DNA from: an uncultured virus (IMG/VR IMGVR_UViG_3300031951_021468)
Lineage: Duplodnaviria; Heunggongvirae; Uroviricota; Caudoviricetes
Length of the DNA: 64,000 bases
Reading direction: 5' to 3' (one strand)
Virus record (IMG/VR): IMGVR_UViG_3300031951_021468
Under the pieces are notes generated by a model that saw nothing but the letters and a program-made list of their open reading frames with translations, was not told the DNA's origin and made no database searches. Position 1 is the stretch's first letter. Each line of letters begins with the position of its first letter. The translations under genes and the position numbers were made by a program. Positions 7,982 to 17,446 of this stretch are shown here, piece after piece.

Positions 7982-8024
7982 ACAAAAAAGGCTCGATCTG
8001 TTTTGATTTCAGACCGAGCCTTTT
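7982..8024 (-). terminator. Intrinsic terminator (attenuator) upstream of tRNA-Trp
   Basis: AGGCTCGGTCTG/CAGATCGAGCCT stem followed by a T-rich tract (TTTTTGTT). Confidence 0.75.
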
Positions 8025-8044
8025 CGCTTTTAAGCTAATGCTTT

Positions 8045-8176
8045 TTACGTTAGAGTTTCGGTCTTTCGTCCTGGTTCAAAATACCAGGGGCTTGCTGGGA
8101 TGGCGAAAACCACAGCGGTAGCATTAAATGCGCCCGCGGCGATAATCTCCATATTGTTTACTTGCATAGCCTTCAT
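8045..8176 (-). CDS. Putative 43-aa leader peptide
   Basis: MKAMQVNN...PWYFEPGRKTETLT* ends about 20 nt before the terminator and contains the antiterminator strand AGACCGA. Confidence 0.5.
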   Translation of the reverse strand: MKAMQVNNMEIIAAGAFNATAVVFAIPASPWYFEPGRKTETLT

Positions 8177-8406
8177 AACTTATCTCTTTGTTAAATTACA
8201 TTCACTAAAAAGGGTGAACTTGATCTTGTTTCTATTTTTGTAAGAATATAACCTGCTGAATTTTCAATTTTTTTGATTTTCAGAAAATAATTCCTACATC
8301 TCTTATACGATCAGGAGCAATATTTTGTTGCATCATTCTATAAAAATAAACAAAAAACTCAACATTTTTTTATTTGTTAAGTTTTTTAATCTAATATTAT
8401 ATATTT

Positions 8407-9162
8407 TTAGTTGTTTGATCGGAGCTTTTTGGTCAGCGTCTCAATTGTGGCCAAAAGCTCGTGTTGTTCAGCTACATGATTGGCCTCCATGTCTACAACT
8501 TCTTCCAAGGTATAATGAGTTTTTTCTTTCGGAATATTTTTTCTTTCATAATCTCTCCTGGCATCTTTGTACTGAGCAGTGAGAGATCGCGCCACGTCCA
8601 TAAAACGAATAAGCCTGAGTTGTTCGGCAGAATTTAAAACAACCATATCAGCGTGGGGGTGACCGCGAGTGATAATTTGCCAAATTTGGCGTAATCTTTG
8701 TGTCCAGCTAGTTTTGCTTCCTTCGTGACCGAAGTTCCAAAAAGCCATTTCGATCTTCCCGTCATTGTTTCCTCCGCCCCAAACAGAAATCATATGTTGT
8801 CCACATTGGCACTTTATCACTTCTTCGGCGCAATAATCATCAGGATCGGGAGCGTCTTGGTCTCCAAATGCATCTTTTATAATATCATCAAAAATCAAAT
8901 CCATTTGTTGCCTGTCAAAGGCATATAACTTATGAAAGAATTCATCGTCTAGCAGCCTGGGAAAATCATTATCATTCTCGGCCAAAATCCAGCTCCCTTT
9001 TGGGACTTTCATGATAGAATCAGAACCCCAAACATATTGGCATTCTTCGTCGGCCTTTAATGCATGCACAACATCGGGGAAGTTTGTTAGTCCATCAGCC
9101 TGTCCGTCTTTTTTTATATATTTGTAAGCAGACATAATGTCTGCATTGGTGATAACATTCAT
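8407..9162 (-). CDS. Hypothetical protein
   Basis: 251-aa ORF, AAGGA SD. Confidence 0.75.
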   Translation of the reverse strand: MNVITNADIMSAYKYIKKDGQADGLTNFPDVVHALKADEECQYVWGSDSIMKVPKGSWILAENDNDFPRLLDDEFFHKLYAFDRQQMDLIFDDIIKDAFGDQDAPDPDDYCAEEVIKCQCGQHMISVWGGGNNDGKIEMAFWNFGHEGSKTSWTQRLRQIWQIITRGHPHADMVVLNSAEQLRLIRFMDVARSLTAQYKDARRDYERKNIPKEKTHYTLEEVVDMEANHVAEQHELLATIETLTKKLRSNN

Positions 9163-9328
9163 ATTTAGTCCTTGTTTTCTTTGGTTATTTTTTCTAAGAA
9201 TTTTCGAATAGACGACATTTCTTCAAGTATGCACAATAATAGCACTGATTGAACATCATGATCTTTTGGGCAACATTCTTGATACCGATTAAGGCGATTA
9301 AAAATTTCTTGTTGTTCAGAGTTTTGGT

Positions 9329-9709
9329 TCATTCTATACCGTCAGTCATGCTCCAATCGCATGAATTAATAATTTCTTGTACAGCATTGTTTCCAATTTG
9401 TTCGCAAACAGAGGCCCAGGCCAAAGGATTGTACAAGAATAGGATGCTCAAAACATGATGTTGATCATCGCAAAACATGATGCCATTTTCATCGTTGCCG
9501 ATCCAGATGTTTAAATCTGAATCTACAGCATATCTAATCACAGGAGACGGACAAGATTTATTTGTTGCGGTGCCAAAGTGTTTAATCGGAAAAGTAGGCG
9601 ACATGATTTTAACACCTGGAACTTCGGCAAAAGACCAAAGCTGGTTATTCAAAATTATCGAAACAACATTGTATCTTTCAGCATGTTGTGGATTAGAATC
9701 AAATAGCAT
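9329..9709 (-). CDS. Hypothetical protein
   Basis: 126-aa ORF directly after a CGTATTAA promoter-like motif. Confidence 0.65.
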   Translation of the reverse strand: MLFDSNPQHAERYNVVSIILNNQLWSFAEVPGVKIMSPTFPIKHFGTATNKSCPSPVIRYAVDSDLNIWIGNDENGIMFCDDQHHVLSILFLYNPLAWASVCEQIGNNAVQEIINSCDWSMTDGIE

Positions 9710-9763
9710 TATCTTTAATACGATATTAATTCATCTGAAATTAGCGCAAGAATTCTTCGCAAA

Positions 9764-10213
9764 TTAATATCGCTCTATATACGATATATCAACCGACCAT
9801 GTGTTTCTAGACCTTTTCGACCATTCATAAAATGCCTCTTCTCTGTCGGCCCAAAATTCGTCATTTGTGCATTTGTTGATTTTGCAGTAATGATTAACAA
9901 CACGCTGAAAGTTTAGTTTTCCCTGATTGGCTAAAACTTCAGCGAATCCAATGTGCTTAACATGATGACACAAGCCACAAAGCGCAATCATACCAATTAG
10001 TGTCTGCTTTGAAGACGAATCATCATAATTCCATATTTCATGGGCGGCAAGAGCGCCTTTTGAGTTGCATATGCCACATTTATGCTGATAATCTTTGTAA
10101 ACTTGTTTTCTAATTCGGTCCCATGAAGATTTCTTGACATGAGATCGAACATTATTGCACCATGATGATTCTGGAACAAGTTCTATGTTAAGCAATCGAT
10201 CTTGATAGCTCAT
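9764..10213 (-). CDS. HNH-like nuclease
   Basis: LNIELVP...WDRIRKQVY...CGIC...HEIW...LCGLCHHVKH. Confidence 0.8.
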   Translation of the reverse strand: MSYQDRLLNIELVPESSWCNNVRSHVKKSSWDRIRKQVYKDYQHKCGICNSKGALAAHEIWNYDDSSSKQTLIGMIALCGLCHHVKHIGFAEVLANQGKLNFQRVVNHYCKINKCTNDEFWADREEAFYEWSKRSRNTWSVDISYIERY

Positions 10214-10416
10214 TTATCAGGAGTAATTTTTTCCAAGTTCGATCCAAGTTTGCCCCACAGTCTTCTGGCCTGTCCACCTGATAAGAGTATTGATTTTCTC
10301 CCTACGGTGATTCTTACACATGGCTCTTGAACATCAGATGGGTTGATTTCAACTAGGGGCTCAGATTTGTGATAGATTTTTTCGCGCTTAAATAATGATT
10401 TAAACAATCTTAACAT
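10210..10416 (-). CDS. Small hypothetical protein
   Basis: 68 aa, stop overlaps next start. Confidence 0.6.
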   Translation of the reverse strand: MLRLFKSLFKREKIYHKSEPLVEINPSDVQEPCVRITVGRKSILLSGGQARRLWGKLGSNLEKITPDK

Positions 10417-10427
10417 AGCATTATATA

Positions 10428-10871
10428 TTATACACTGTTTTTAAATCCACGGGGGATTGCAGTGATTTGATAACTTTCGGCCTCTAGAAACTTCATTATG
10501 TGTTCAATGGCCAAAGATATTTGCACTTCATCGCTGCAATAGAAAAAATCAATCGCGGCATAACCATGTTCATCCCACCCATGATAGGTCAAATGGCTCT
10601 CGCTTATTACAACAACTCCTGAAACGCCATGGGGCTCAAACTCATGAAACGCTTCTGTGACGATGTTGCACTTGGCCAGCTTTGCTGCATCATGAAAAGC
10701 TTGTTGAATTTTCTCAACCCCGCTCATATTATTGGGGTTGCATCCAATAAGCTCCAGAATTACATGCATACCTAATGAATTACAGGATTTTATGGTCGGG
10801 ATTTCACATGTATTGGCATTAAAAAATTCAACCGATAAGTATTGACTATTGTTAGCAGAGAGGTCTTTCAT
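10428..10871 (-). CDS. speD: S-adenosylmethionine decarboxylase proenzyme
   Basis: HEFEPHGVSGVVVISESHLTYHGW...IDFFYC; ATGA-coupled start. Confidence 0.9.
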   Translation of the reverse strand: MKDLSANNSQYLSVEFFNANTCEIPTIKSCNSLGMHVILELIGCNPNNMSGVEKIQQAFHDAAKLAKCNIVTEAFHEFEPHGVSGVVVISESHLTYHGWDEHGYAAIDFFYCSDEVQISLAIEHIMKFLEAESYQITAIPRGFKNSV

Positions 10872-11431
10872 GTGTTTTGTTTTTCCAATGGAGAGGTCCA
10901 TGTTTTAAGGCTCATAATTTCTTTTACACGATCATATGAAATCGGAGTGTAATCGTGGCAATCAACACCCACGTCAAAAGAAAGTGAGTTTGGATCATCT
11001 GGGAGCAAGCCATGGCTGTGTCCGTAAAGATGCCATGCCCCGTAGTGAGATTTGTTCCAGACGCGCATAGCATAGTGATTCAAGGTTATGTATCGCTTTC
11101 CATGAGGAGCATCATTGTCTAATATGCAAATTTCTTCCATCTCTCTGACCCATTGAAAATATTGCCGAAGATTAGAGAGCACTGAGGGATTATCGTGGTT
11201 GCCTCTAATCCAATACTTAAGGCCATTTAGCTTTTCCACCCATTTCGCAGCAGAGCTAGGGTGAAATGCCAAGTCTCCAAGAAAATACACACGGTCTTTG
11301 TTAGTGACGACGGAGTTCCAATTGTCTACCAAAGCCCTATCGTGCTCTTCTACTGAGTTAAATGGCCTAGAATTGTATTTAATGACATTTGCGTGACCGA
11401 AGTGTAGGTCCGCCGTAAAGTAGGTTTTCAT
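10868..11431 (-). CDS. Calcineurin-like metallophosphoesterase
   Basis: DLHFGH, LGD, GNHD, HY, GHSH motifs. Confidence 0.9.
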   Translation of the reverse strand: MKTYFTADLHFGHANVIKYNSRPFNSVEEHDRALVDNWNSVVTNKDRVYFLGDLAFHPSSAAKWVEKLNGLKYWIRGNHDNPSVLSNLRQYFQWVREMEEICILDNDAPHGKRYITLNHYAMRVWNKSHYGAWHLYGHSHGLLPDDPNSLSFDVGVDCHDYTPISYDRVKEIMSLKTWTSPLEKQNT

Positions 11432-11486
11432 ATTTATTATACGATCATAAAAGCAATAATTTAACAAATCCACGTGGTGGGCTAAA

Positions 11487-12158
11487 TTAATTCTTTTCTC
11501 CGCGAGCTAACTGTGAGTATTTGGTCCAAATTTCAAGGTCAAGATCATCAACAGTTTTCCCAAGAGAATCACAATGATCGCAAAATATTTTTTCTAATCT
11601 GGCATACTGTTTGGGATTACTTGGTGTAGCCTTGGGTATATTTTCTAATCCCATTTCATTTCTCATGTATTTTAGTATGTGTGTATCTAAAACCGCAAGT
11701 CTAAGATTAGGCCTTGTTCTTAGTAAGAAAAATCTACTGGTTTTCATGCCTATGCCATGAATAGATTCAAGTTCCTCCACAGAGCATGTTTTTAGGCATA
11801 TGTTGCTTTTAATCAATTCTCGGTATGATCGTTCAATTTTATTGTATTGTCCAAGTTTAGAATGCCGAATGAATTGCCCAAGAAGACCCTCCCTTTCTAA
11901 AAATCTTAGTCTTTCAAAAGGAGAGTCTTTTTCCACAGGCCCGCCATATAGCCTTGGGTCAGGAAGGTCGAGCAAACAAGTTATCATCCATCCATGATCT
12001 TTGCAAAAATCAACATGCATGTACTCATAAAGCAACTTGTGCAGTAACCTCGATTGTGTTGAGGCATTCTTCCCTGCCACTGCGACGCAGAAAAGAATGA
12101 ATTCCTCAAGCTCATGAACATCAGATTCAAAAAAATAAACTTCTTCTGGATTAATCAT
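11487..12158 (-). CDS. HhH-GPD DNA glycosylase-like protein (Ogg-like)
   Basis: LESIHGIGMKTSRFFL...AVLDTHIL...YARLEKIF...LDLEIW. Confidence 0.75.
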   Translation of the reverse strand: MINPEEVYFFESDVHELEEFILFCVAVAGKNASTQSRLLHKLLYEYMHVDFCKDHGWMITCLLDLPDPRLYGGPVEKDSPFERLRFLEREGLLGQFIRHSKLGQYNKIERSYRELIKSNICLKTCSVEELESIHGIGMKTSRFFLLRTRPNLRLAVLDTHILKYMRNEMGLENIPKATPSNPKQYARLEKIFCDHCDSLGKTVDDLDLEIWTKYSQLARGEKN

Positions 12159-12166
12159 TGTAATTA

Positions 12167-12718
12167 TTATTGTCTAACCTTGCGAATAATTTCCGCAAGA
12201 ACCCTAGCCTGATTAAATGCATCGTCTGCGCCATCGTGTCTCCGACCTTCAAAAGAAATGCCAAAGTCAGCAAGAGTTTTGTCAAGTCCATTATTTACGG
12301 GTAATCCCAAGAACAAGCTTGCTAAAGCGCTAATATCCAAGAACTGATCGTTGAAGGGGTATTCCACCTGCTTTCGCTCACAGTCTGCATAGAATGGCTG
12401 TCGTTCGTTGCCCCATCCAGCCCACGCAAATCTTCGGCTACCAGCTTTGCGAATTAAGTTTTTACAAGCTGCTTCATAGGTCATCCCGCCATAGGCACGC
12501 TTTCGGGTGATGCCTGTTAAATTAACGCAGAAGTCAGAGACTTCCGAAAAAACAGGCTTGACATAAATAGCTTTTTTGTTTTCAATCTCTAATGTATTAG
12601 TGTCTAACCAGCAATATCCAATCTGAATGATCTCGGGGACTTGATTTTCTGGGATGAAAAACTCCCAACAAGTCATTTCAACATCCACGCAAAGAATTTT
12701 CGATATATCTCTAAACAT
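12167..12718 (-). CDS. DEDDh 3'-5' exonuclease
   Basis: VDVEMTC...EIIQIG...HDGADDA. Confidence 0.88.
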   Translation of the reverse strand: MFRDISKILCVDVEMTCWEFFIPENQVPEIIQIGYCWLDTNTLEIENKKAIYVKPVFSEVSDFCVNLTGITRKRAYGGMTYEAACKNLIRKAGSRRFAWAGWGNERQPFYADCERKQVEYPFNDQFLDISALASLFLGLPVNNGLDKTLADFGISFEGRRHDGADDAFNQARVLAEIIRKVRQ

Positions 12719-12758
12719 TTTTTATGTATTAGTCTTGGATGTCAAAAAAGGGGATTTT

Positions 12759-13343
12759 TCATTCTTCGTCTAGATTATCGTCTTCTGGATCAGCCAGCCA
12801 GCCTATCACAAAATCAGCATCTTCCCATGGCTGCATTCTTTTTGGAGATGATTGCCAAGCGTCTGAATAATTTGTTTCTGGCTGTGGTCTTTTAACTTCC
12901 TCCGCATATGGGGCGACATCGTCCCATTCGAGGTTGCCATTCACCCAATTGATTAAATCTTCATCGTTTTCCAAAAATGAATCCCTTAGATCAAATATAG
13001 TATCGTTAGTAGAGTCTTCTTGATCGTTAAGTAATTTTTCTGCATACAGCGTGGCAATATCAACTGCGCGAACACTCCATTCGCTTCCATCAGGAAATGT
13101 AACCACTAAATCTCGACAAAATGGCTTGTTTTTTTCTTTTTTCCAATCAAAAAAATTATCAATCCAAATATCTCCAAATAAATCAATACTAAATTGTGGA
13201 TCGAGATGCCGCGATTCTTTAAGGTATTCGATAATGTCAGGAATATATAATTTAAACGTACTGTAATACGTCAGTCCCGTAGGCAAAGAAGATCGTCCTA
13301 CGAGCTGTCTCGCCATTGACGCAGCGATAGTGTCAATAGGCAT
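12759..13343 (-). CDS. Hypothetical acidic protein
   Basis: Start moved to MPIDT to avoid overlap with the iscA-like gene. Confidence 0.65.
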   Translation of the reverse strand: MPIDTIAASMARQLVGRSSLPTGLTYYSTFKLYIPDIIEYLKESRHLDPQFSIDLFGDIWIDNFFDWKKEKNKPFCRDLVVTFPDGSEWSVRAVDIATLYAEKLLNDQEDSTNDTIFDLRDSFLENDEDLINWVNGNLEWDDVAPYAEEVKRPQPETNYSDAWQSSPKRMQPWEDADFVIGWLADPEDDNLDEE

Positions 13344-13377
13344 TTCTAATGTTCTTCCCGCTATCAAAAGGGGGAAA

Positions 13378-13773
13378 TTATCTTGATCCACAGCCGCCGC
13401 ACCCTTTGCCATCATTAAGTTCTGAAATTCCTTCTTCATCTGTAGAAAACGATGAGCCGCAGCCACAGCTTTTTACGGAATTCGGATTAGAAATTCGAAA
13501 GCCACCAGACATCATGTTATCATCAAATTCAATTATGCTTCCAGATAAGTATTTTGCTGACATGGCATCGACAACAATCGTGGCCCCATTGTTTTCCACT
13601 ACAATATCGTCTTCTTCGGGGTCATTTGGGTCAAGGGCCATGCCATACGAAAGCCCAGAACAACCACCGCCAGCAACCCAAACGCGCAACTTGGCATCCT
13701 CAAGTGATTGGCTTTCGCGCAGCGATAATACTTCTTTTGCTGCTGATTCTGTTATTGTTATTGTAAAGTTCAT
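13378..13773 (-). CDS. iscA: A-type Fe-S carrier (IscA/SufA/ErpA, HesB family)
   Basis: GGGCSGLSY and NPN..SCGCGSSF motifs. Confidence 0.92.
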   Translation of the reverse strand: MNFTITITESAAKEVLSLRESQSLEDAKLRVWVAGGGCSGLSYGMALDPNDPEEDDIVVENNGATIVVDAMSAKYLSGSIIEFDDNMMSGGFRISNPNSVKSCGCGSSFSTDEEGISELNDGKGCGGCGSR

Positions 13774-13774
13774 A

Positions 13775-14227
13775 TTATTTAAGTTTGTTTACGGCCTCGG
13801 CCAAAAGAGATTGCAAATTGTCGTATGGCTTCATTCCAGTTTCAATTTCGTACATGGAATCCAAGTATCTGTTTTTAATAGACCAGTCGGGGCGACCATA
13901 TAAGATTTTCCCACTTCGAAGCCAGTAACCAAATTCAACGTTTGTTGTGAAACCAGGCATCAGTTCTGATCGGGGCACCCAAAAAACAATAAGACCACAG
14001 GCATGTAAGGCCTCGTATTCCCAGCCTACTTGTTCTTCATAATGCTCTGGCCAGCGACCGTCAGAGGGCTCTGGAATAAAAACATTGTCTTTAAATTCTA
14101 GTTGATCCAAAATTAGCAACGCTTCTTTTCTCCAGGACTCTGGTCCGCCAGCGCGAGGGGTCGGACCAGCTAAGAAAATTGAAGGCTGGTTGTATAGCAC
14201 AGATTGATCAGAATATACGGGTTTCAT
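13775..14227 (-). CDS. Nucleoside 2-deoxyribosyltransferase-like protein
   Basis: SIFLAGP...SWR...QVGWE...IVFW...TNVEFG. Confidence 0.8.
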   Translation of the reverse strand: MKPVYSDQSVLYNQPSIFLAGPTPRAGGPESWRKEALLILDQLEFKDNVFIPEPSDGRWPEHYEEQVGWEYEALHACGLIVFWVPRSELMPGFTTNVEFGYWLRSGKILYGRPDWSIKNRYLDSMYEIETGMKPYDNLQSLLAEAVNKLK

Positions 14228-14241
14228 TATGTTTACATTTG

Positions 14242-15627
14242 TTATACGGTTAAAATTTTATGAATATTAGGTGTTTTAGACCATTTTTTAAAAAGCTTTT
14301 GTCTATTTGCTGAAATCACATCAGCGATGTCGGGTATTTCTGTCGATGTCGCAGAGCCCTTGTGTGCTATACTATTGGGGACAATAGCACATTTAATGCC
14401 TGCTAATAACATTCTAATACCATAATCTGCGTCTTCTGAATACGCAGGCCAAAATCTTTCATCAAATGGGCCAACTTTTTTATATGTATCTCTTGTTAAA
14501 ATAAGTGCAAATGCCTCGGGATAATGCATTTGGTCGGTATTTTCAGTAATTGGGCCGCAAGTAAAATTGGGGTTCAACATTCTTCCCACAACTGTTGATG
14601 CACCGACTCTTCTGGCCTCACGGACAAGCATCCGCATTCCGTCTGGTTGAACAATCGTATCATTGTTTAAAAAACAAATTAAATCTGTGTCTGATAATGC
14701 TGCCCCCTGATTCCACGATGCGGCAACACCAGCATTAAATGTATTTTTTACATATTTAACCCACGGAAAATCCCTCTTAATAACAACAGATGTATCATCA
14801 AGACTATTGTTGTCAATAATAATTACCGTGGCTTGAGGAACATCTTTTTTTAGTGACTCCAGGCATTCTTTTGTGTGTTCTATCTGATTCAGAACGGGTA
14901 TAACAACTGTTAAATCACTTCCGTCACAATCATAAAGACCCTCTGAGTGCCAAAAAGCCTTTGCAGGATCGAAAAGATCATCTGGAAAAGAATCTTTATA
15001 TTTCTGGGATATGAACCTTAAAAGATAATCAGAATTTACATCAATATCTGGGCTTCCAGTGTCTCCTTCAGACCAATGCCTGATAGCCAAAGGAGTAATC
15101 CAATTTCTCAAACCTTGTGATTCTGCTTGCATACACATCATAGTGTCTAAACAGTGAATTCCAGGAAGAAATTCTGGAAAATCCATACGCTTATCTGTAA
15201 TCATCATCAGCCCGTCAAGCAATCTTGCAATTCCATTGTAATTACCGCAGCCAGTGATTCGATTACCCTGAAGTATCCATCCACGTGAATTTTCATGACC
15301 TTCATTAAACCAAAGTCGTTTTCGATGATTTGTTATAGAACCAATGGGGCCTAAAAATCCAATATCTTTATGGTTCTCAAAAACAAACCTAACCTTATCA
15401 CAAAACTGTGTGTCTAATATCTCAACATCTTGATGACAATAAACCAAGAATTTCCCCCTTGCCTTATCCGTGGCAAAGTTATAGGCTGATGACATGTTGT
15501 TAAATTTCTGATCAACACATATAAATTCACAATCAATATGCGAGCAACTTTTGACCAACCCATCATATAATTCAGGTTTATTAACCCAAGTTATAATGCT
15601 AAATTCTGGATTGTTTTTTGATGCCAT
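14242..15627 (-). CDS. Two-domain GT2-type glycosyltransferase
   Basis: N-terminal YCHQDV domain and C-terminal VVIPVLN...IDNNS...FLNND...EDADY. Confidence 0.88.
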   Translation of the reverse strand: MASKNNPEFSIITWVNKPELYDGLVKSCSHIDCEFICVDQKFNNMSSAYNFATDKARGKFLVYCHQDVEILDTQFCDKVRFVFENHKDIGFLGPIGSITNHRKRLWFNEGHENSRGWILQGNRITGCGNYNGIARLLDGLMMITDKRMDFPEFLPGIHCLDTMMCMQAESQGLRNWITPLAIRHWSEGDTGSPDIDVNSDYLLRFISQKYKDSFPDDLFDPAKAFWHSEGLYDCDGSDLTVVIPVLNQIEHTKECLESLKKDVPQATVIIIDNNSLDDTSVVIKRDFPWVKYVKNTFNAGVAASWNQGAALSDTDLICFLNNDTIVQPDGMRMLVREARRVGASTVVGRMLNPNFTCGPITENTDQMHYPEAFALILTRDTYKKVGPFDERFWPAYSEDADYGIRMLLAGIKCAIVPNSIAHKGSATSTEIPDIADVISANRQKLFKKWSKTPNIHKILTV

Positions 15628-15630
15628 TTG

Positions 15631-16119
15631 TCAAATTATACAAACGAAAACATTGGCGTCTTTAAGTGTGTCCTCTACCATCTGTTTCACATCATCAATG
15701 CGGTCAGAAAAGCCACCAAGCCCAATTAACGGGCAATTAAGAACACATTTACGGTTCGGATTTTTTGACAAATGTCTGGCCAAGGTTTTGAGGCTTGTTT
15801 CAGTAAGTTTCCAGTCTCCATCATCTTTCCAATGTCTTTTTACTTGAACTGCGGCAACCCACAAACCATTAGTTTTTGATGCAACAACATAATAGTCTGC
15901 TGAATTATTGTTGTCAATACTTCTTGACTCTATGATTTTTTCAGCAAGCTGAACATCAATACCAGGAAAAGCATCTCGAACACGCTTAGCTGCGCCGCCG
16001 CCCATAACTAAAGCTTGACTTCCGTTGATGCTTTTAAGCACGGAGTTTGCAGTGAAGGCAATAATTTCGCATTCTTCTTCCCTTGCTACCTGCAGCATAT
16101 CACCACTACGCCATTCCAT
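15631..16119 (-). CDS. Macro-domain-like protein
   Basis: GDML...TANSV...LVMGGGAAK...PLIGLGG. Confidence 0.7.
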   Translation of the reverse strand: MEWRSGDMLQVAREEECEIIAFTANSVLKSINGSQALVMGGGAAKRVRDAFPGIDVQLAEKIIESRSIDNNNSADYYVVASKTNGLWVAAVQVKRHWKDDGDWKLTETSLKTLARHLSKNPNRKCVLNCPLIGLGGFSDRIDDVKQMVEDTLKDANVFVCII

Positions 16120-16600
16120 TTTTTCTCACCTTAATTTTCTTAATTGGGGCATTTTTTTCATAAATTGGACACACATTTCCTAGCATTTTATTTAGTGTTA
16201 AAATTTGTTCGGGGCTAAGAACTTGTATCGCTTCCATAAAAGAATCTAAGTCTTTGTCAAATTTTTGTTGTTGCGCTTTAATCTTTTGTTTTTCAGCGTC
16301 ATAGTATGCCTTAAACATCTCTTTGGGGCCGCGGCCAGAGCCACTGCACGATTTACATGTATAAAGCGGAGCCAGTTTGTAGCCCTCTATAATGTCTCTA
16401 TCTTCAAACTTATGATAAGTGCCTGCCCCATCGCAATTAAGACATGGATAATCAGAGTCATCTCTTTTCCATTTCTTGTAAATACTTGAATAATTGTCGC
16501 GAGCTTCATTTATACTTTTGTAAGCTTCTGGGCGAGTAAATCGACTAATAACTTTGCCGTTCACGATCACTTCAATGTATTTATGTGTGTGTTTTCTCAT
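16106..16600 (-). CDS. Hypothetical protein with DnaJ-type CxxCxGxG zinc motifs
   Basis: CLNCDGAG and CKSCSGSG; ends TAG-TGG-TGA. Confidence 0.7.
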   Translation of the reverse strand: MRKHTHKYIEVIVNGKVISRFTRPEAYKSINEARDNYSSIYKKWKRDDSDYPCLNCDGAGTYHKFEDRDIIEGYKLAPLYTCKSCSGSGRGPKEMFKAYYDAEKQKIKAQQQKFDKDLDSFMEAIQVLSPEQILTLNKMLGNVCPIYEKNAPIKKIKVRKNGMA

Positions 16601-17132
16601 TTTTTATTTTCTCCATTAAAACATCAAAGACACGACTAGACATGTGTCTGTCAGCTGGGATGGTGACATAATCAATTTGATATTGATTCAAGAAGTCTAA
16701 AGTTCTTTGATCGGCACTTATGCATTCTTCAAGTGTTTGGGTTCTGCCAATTGGCTGATACCATTCATTATTTCTTTGAATAAATATGTTGATGTTGTTG
16801 AAATAATTATGCATTTCAATAACATGTTCTTTCCAAACGGGAGTGCAGCATGGGCCTGGATAAACCATGCCCAGAATTAAGGGGCCATCAGTGACCGTTA
16901 CGGACACCTTATCATAAACAGTTAGTATGTCGTCAAATTGTGTTGCTGTAACAAACACTTGGTTTGATCTGGTGTTTAAGTCAGATTTCCAAGTTAATTT
17001 TTTTGCAAATTCGGGAACATATTCGTTTGATATACCGAATTCACTCAATAATGAACAAAGCGATCTTGCGCAATTGCTTTTTCCAATTGCTGGGCCGCCA
17101 AAAAAATTTACAAGTATGTTTGGATGATTCAT
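16581..17132 (-). CDS. P-loop kinase/ATPase (AAA_28, NadR-like)
   Basis: GGPAIGKS, VPEFAK, TDGP, GRTQT. Confidence 0.75.
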   Translation of the reverse strand: MNHPNILVNFFGGPAIGKSNCARSLCSLLSEFGISNEYVPEFAKKLTWKSDLNTRSNQVFVTATQFDDILTVYDKVSVTVTDGPLILGMVYPGPCCTPVWKEHVIEMHNYFNNINIFIQRNNEWYQPIGRTQTLEECISADQRTLDFLNQYQIDYVTIPADRHMSSRVFDVLMEKIKNEKTHT

Positions 17133-17149
17133 TGAGTATTTTCCCCGTT

Positions 17150-17446
17150 TTATTCTGTGTGAATTTTATGAGGGTCAATGAAATACACTGTTTCCAATTC
17201 TTCGTCTTCGTTGTTTTTGTTATTAAAAGCAACTTTGCCCCATCTTTGACCCATGTCACCTTTGTATCGGCTGGCGAAATTTCCTTCGACTTTAATGATC
17301 GGAGCAAATCCTTCATGCCCGTTGGCAAAAAATGCTACCCATCGACTGGCATTTTGTTCACCAAGCTCTGACCATAGTGCCAGCATATCTTCAATGGCTG
17401 CCGCCTGAGATTGGGTAATATTATCAATTTCAATATTTAATTTCAT
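17150..17446 (-). CDS. Hypothetical protein
   Basis: 98 aa, coupled to the sigma gene stop. Confidence 0.7.
   Translation of the reverse strand: MKLNIEIDNITQSQAAAIEDMLALWSELGEQNASRWVAFFANGHEGFAPIIKVEGNFASRYKGDMGQRWGKVAFNNKNNEDEELETVYFIDPHKIHTE

Noticed and set aside
8045..8100. Hammerhead ribozyme suggested by CGAAAC
   Set aside because: No CTGANGA core was found nearby.
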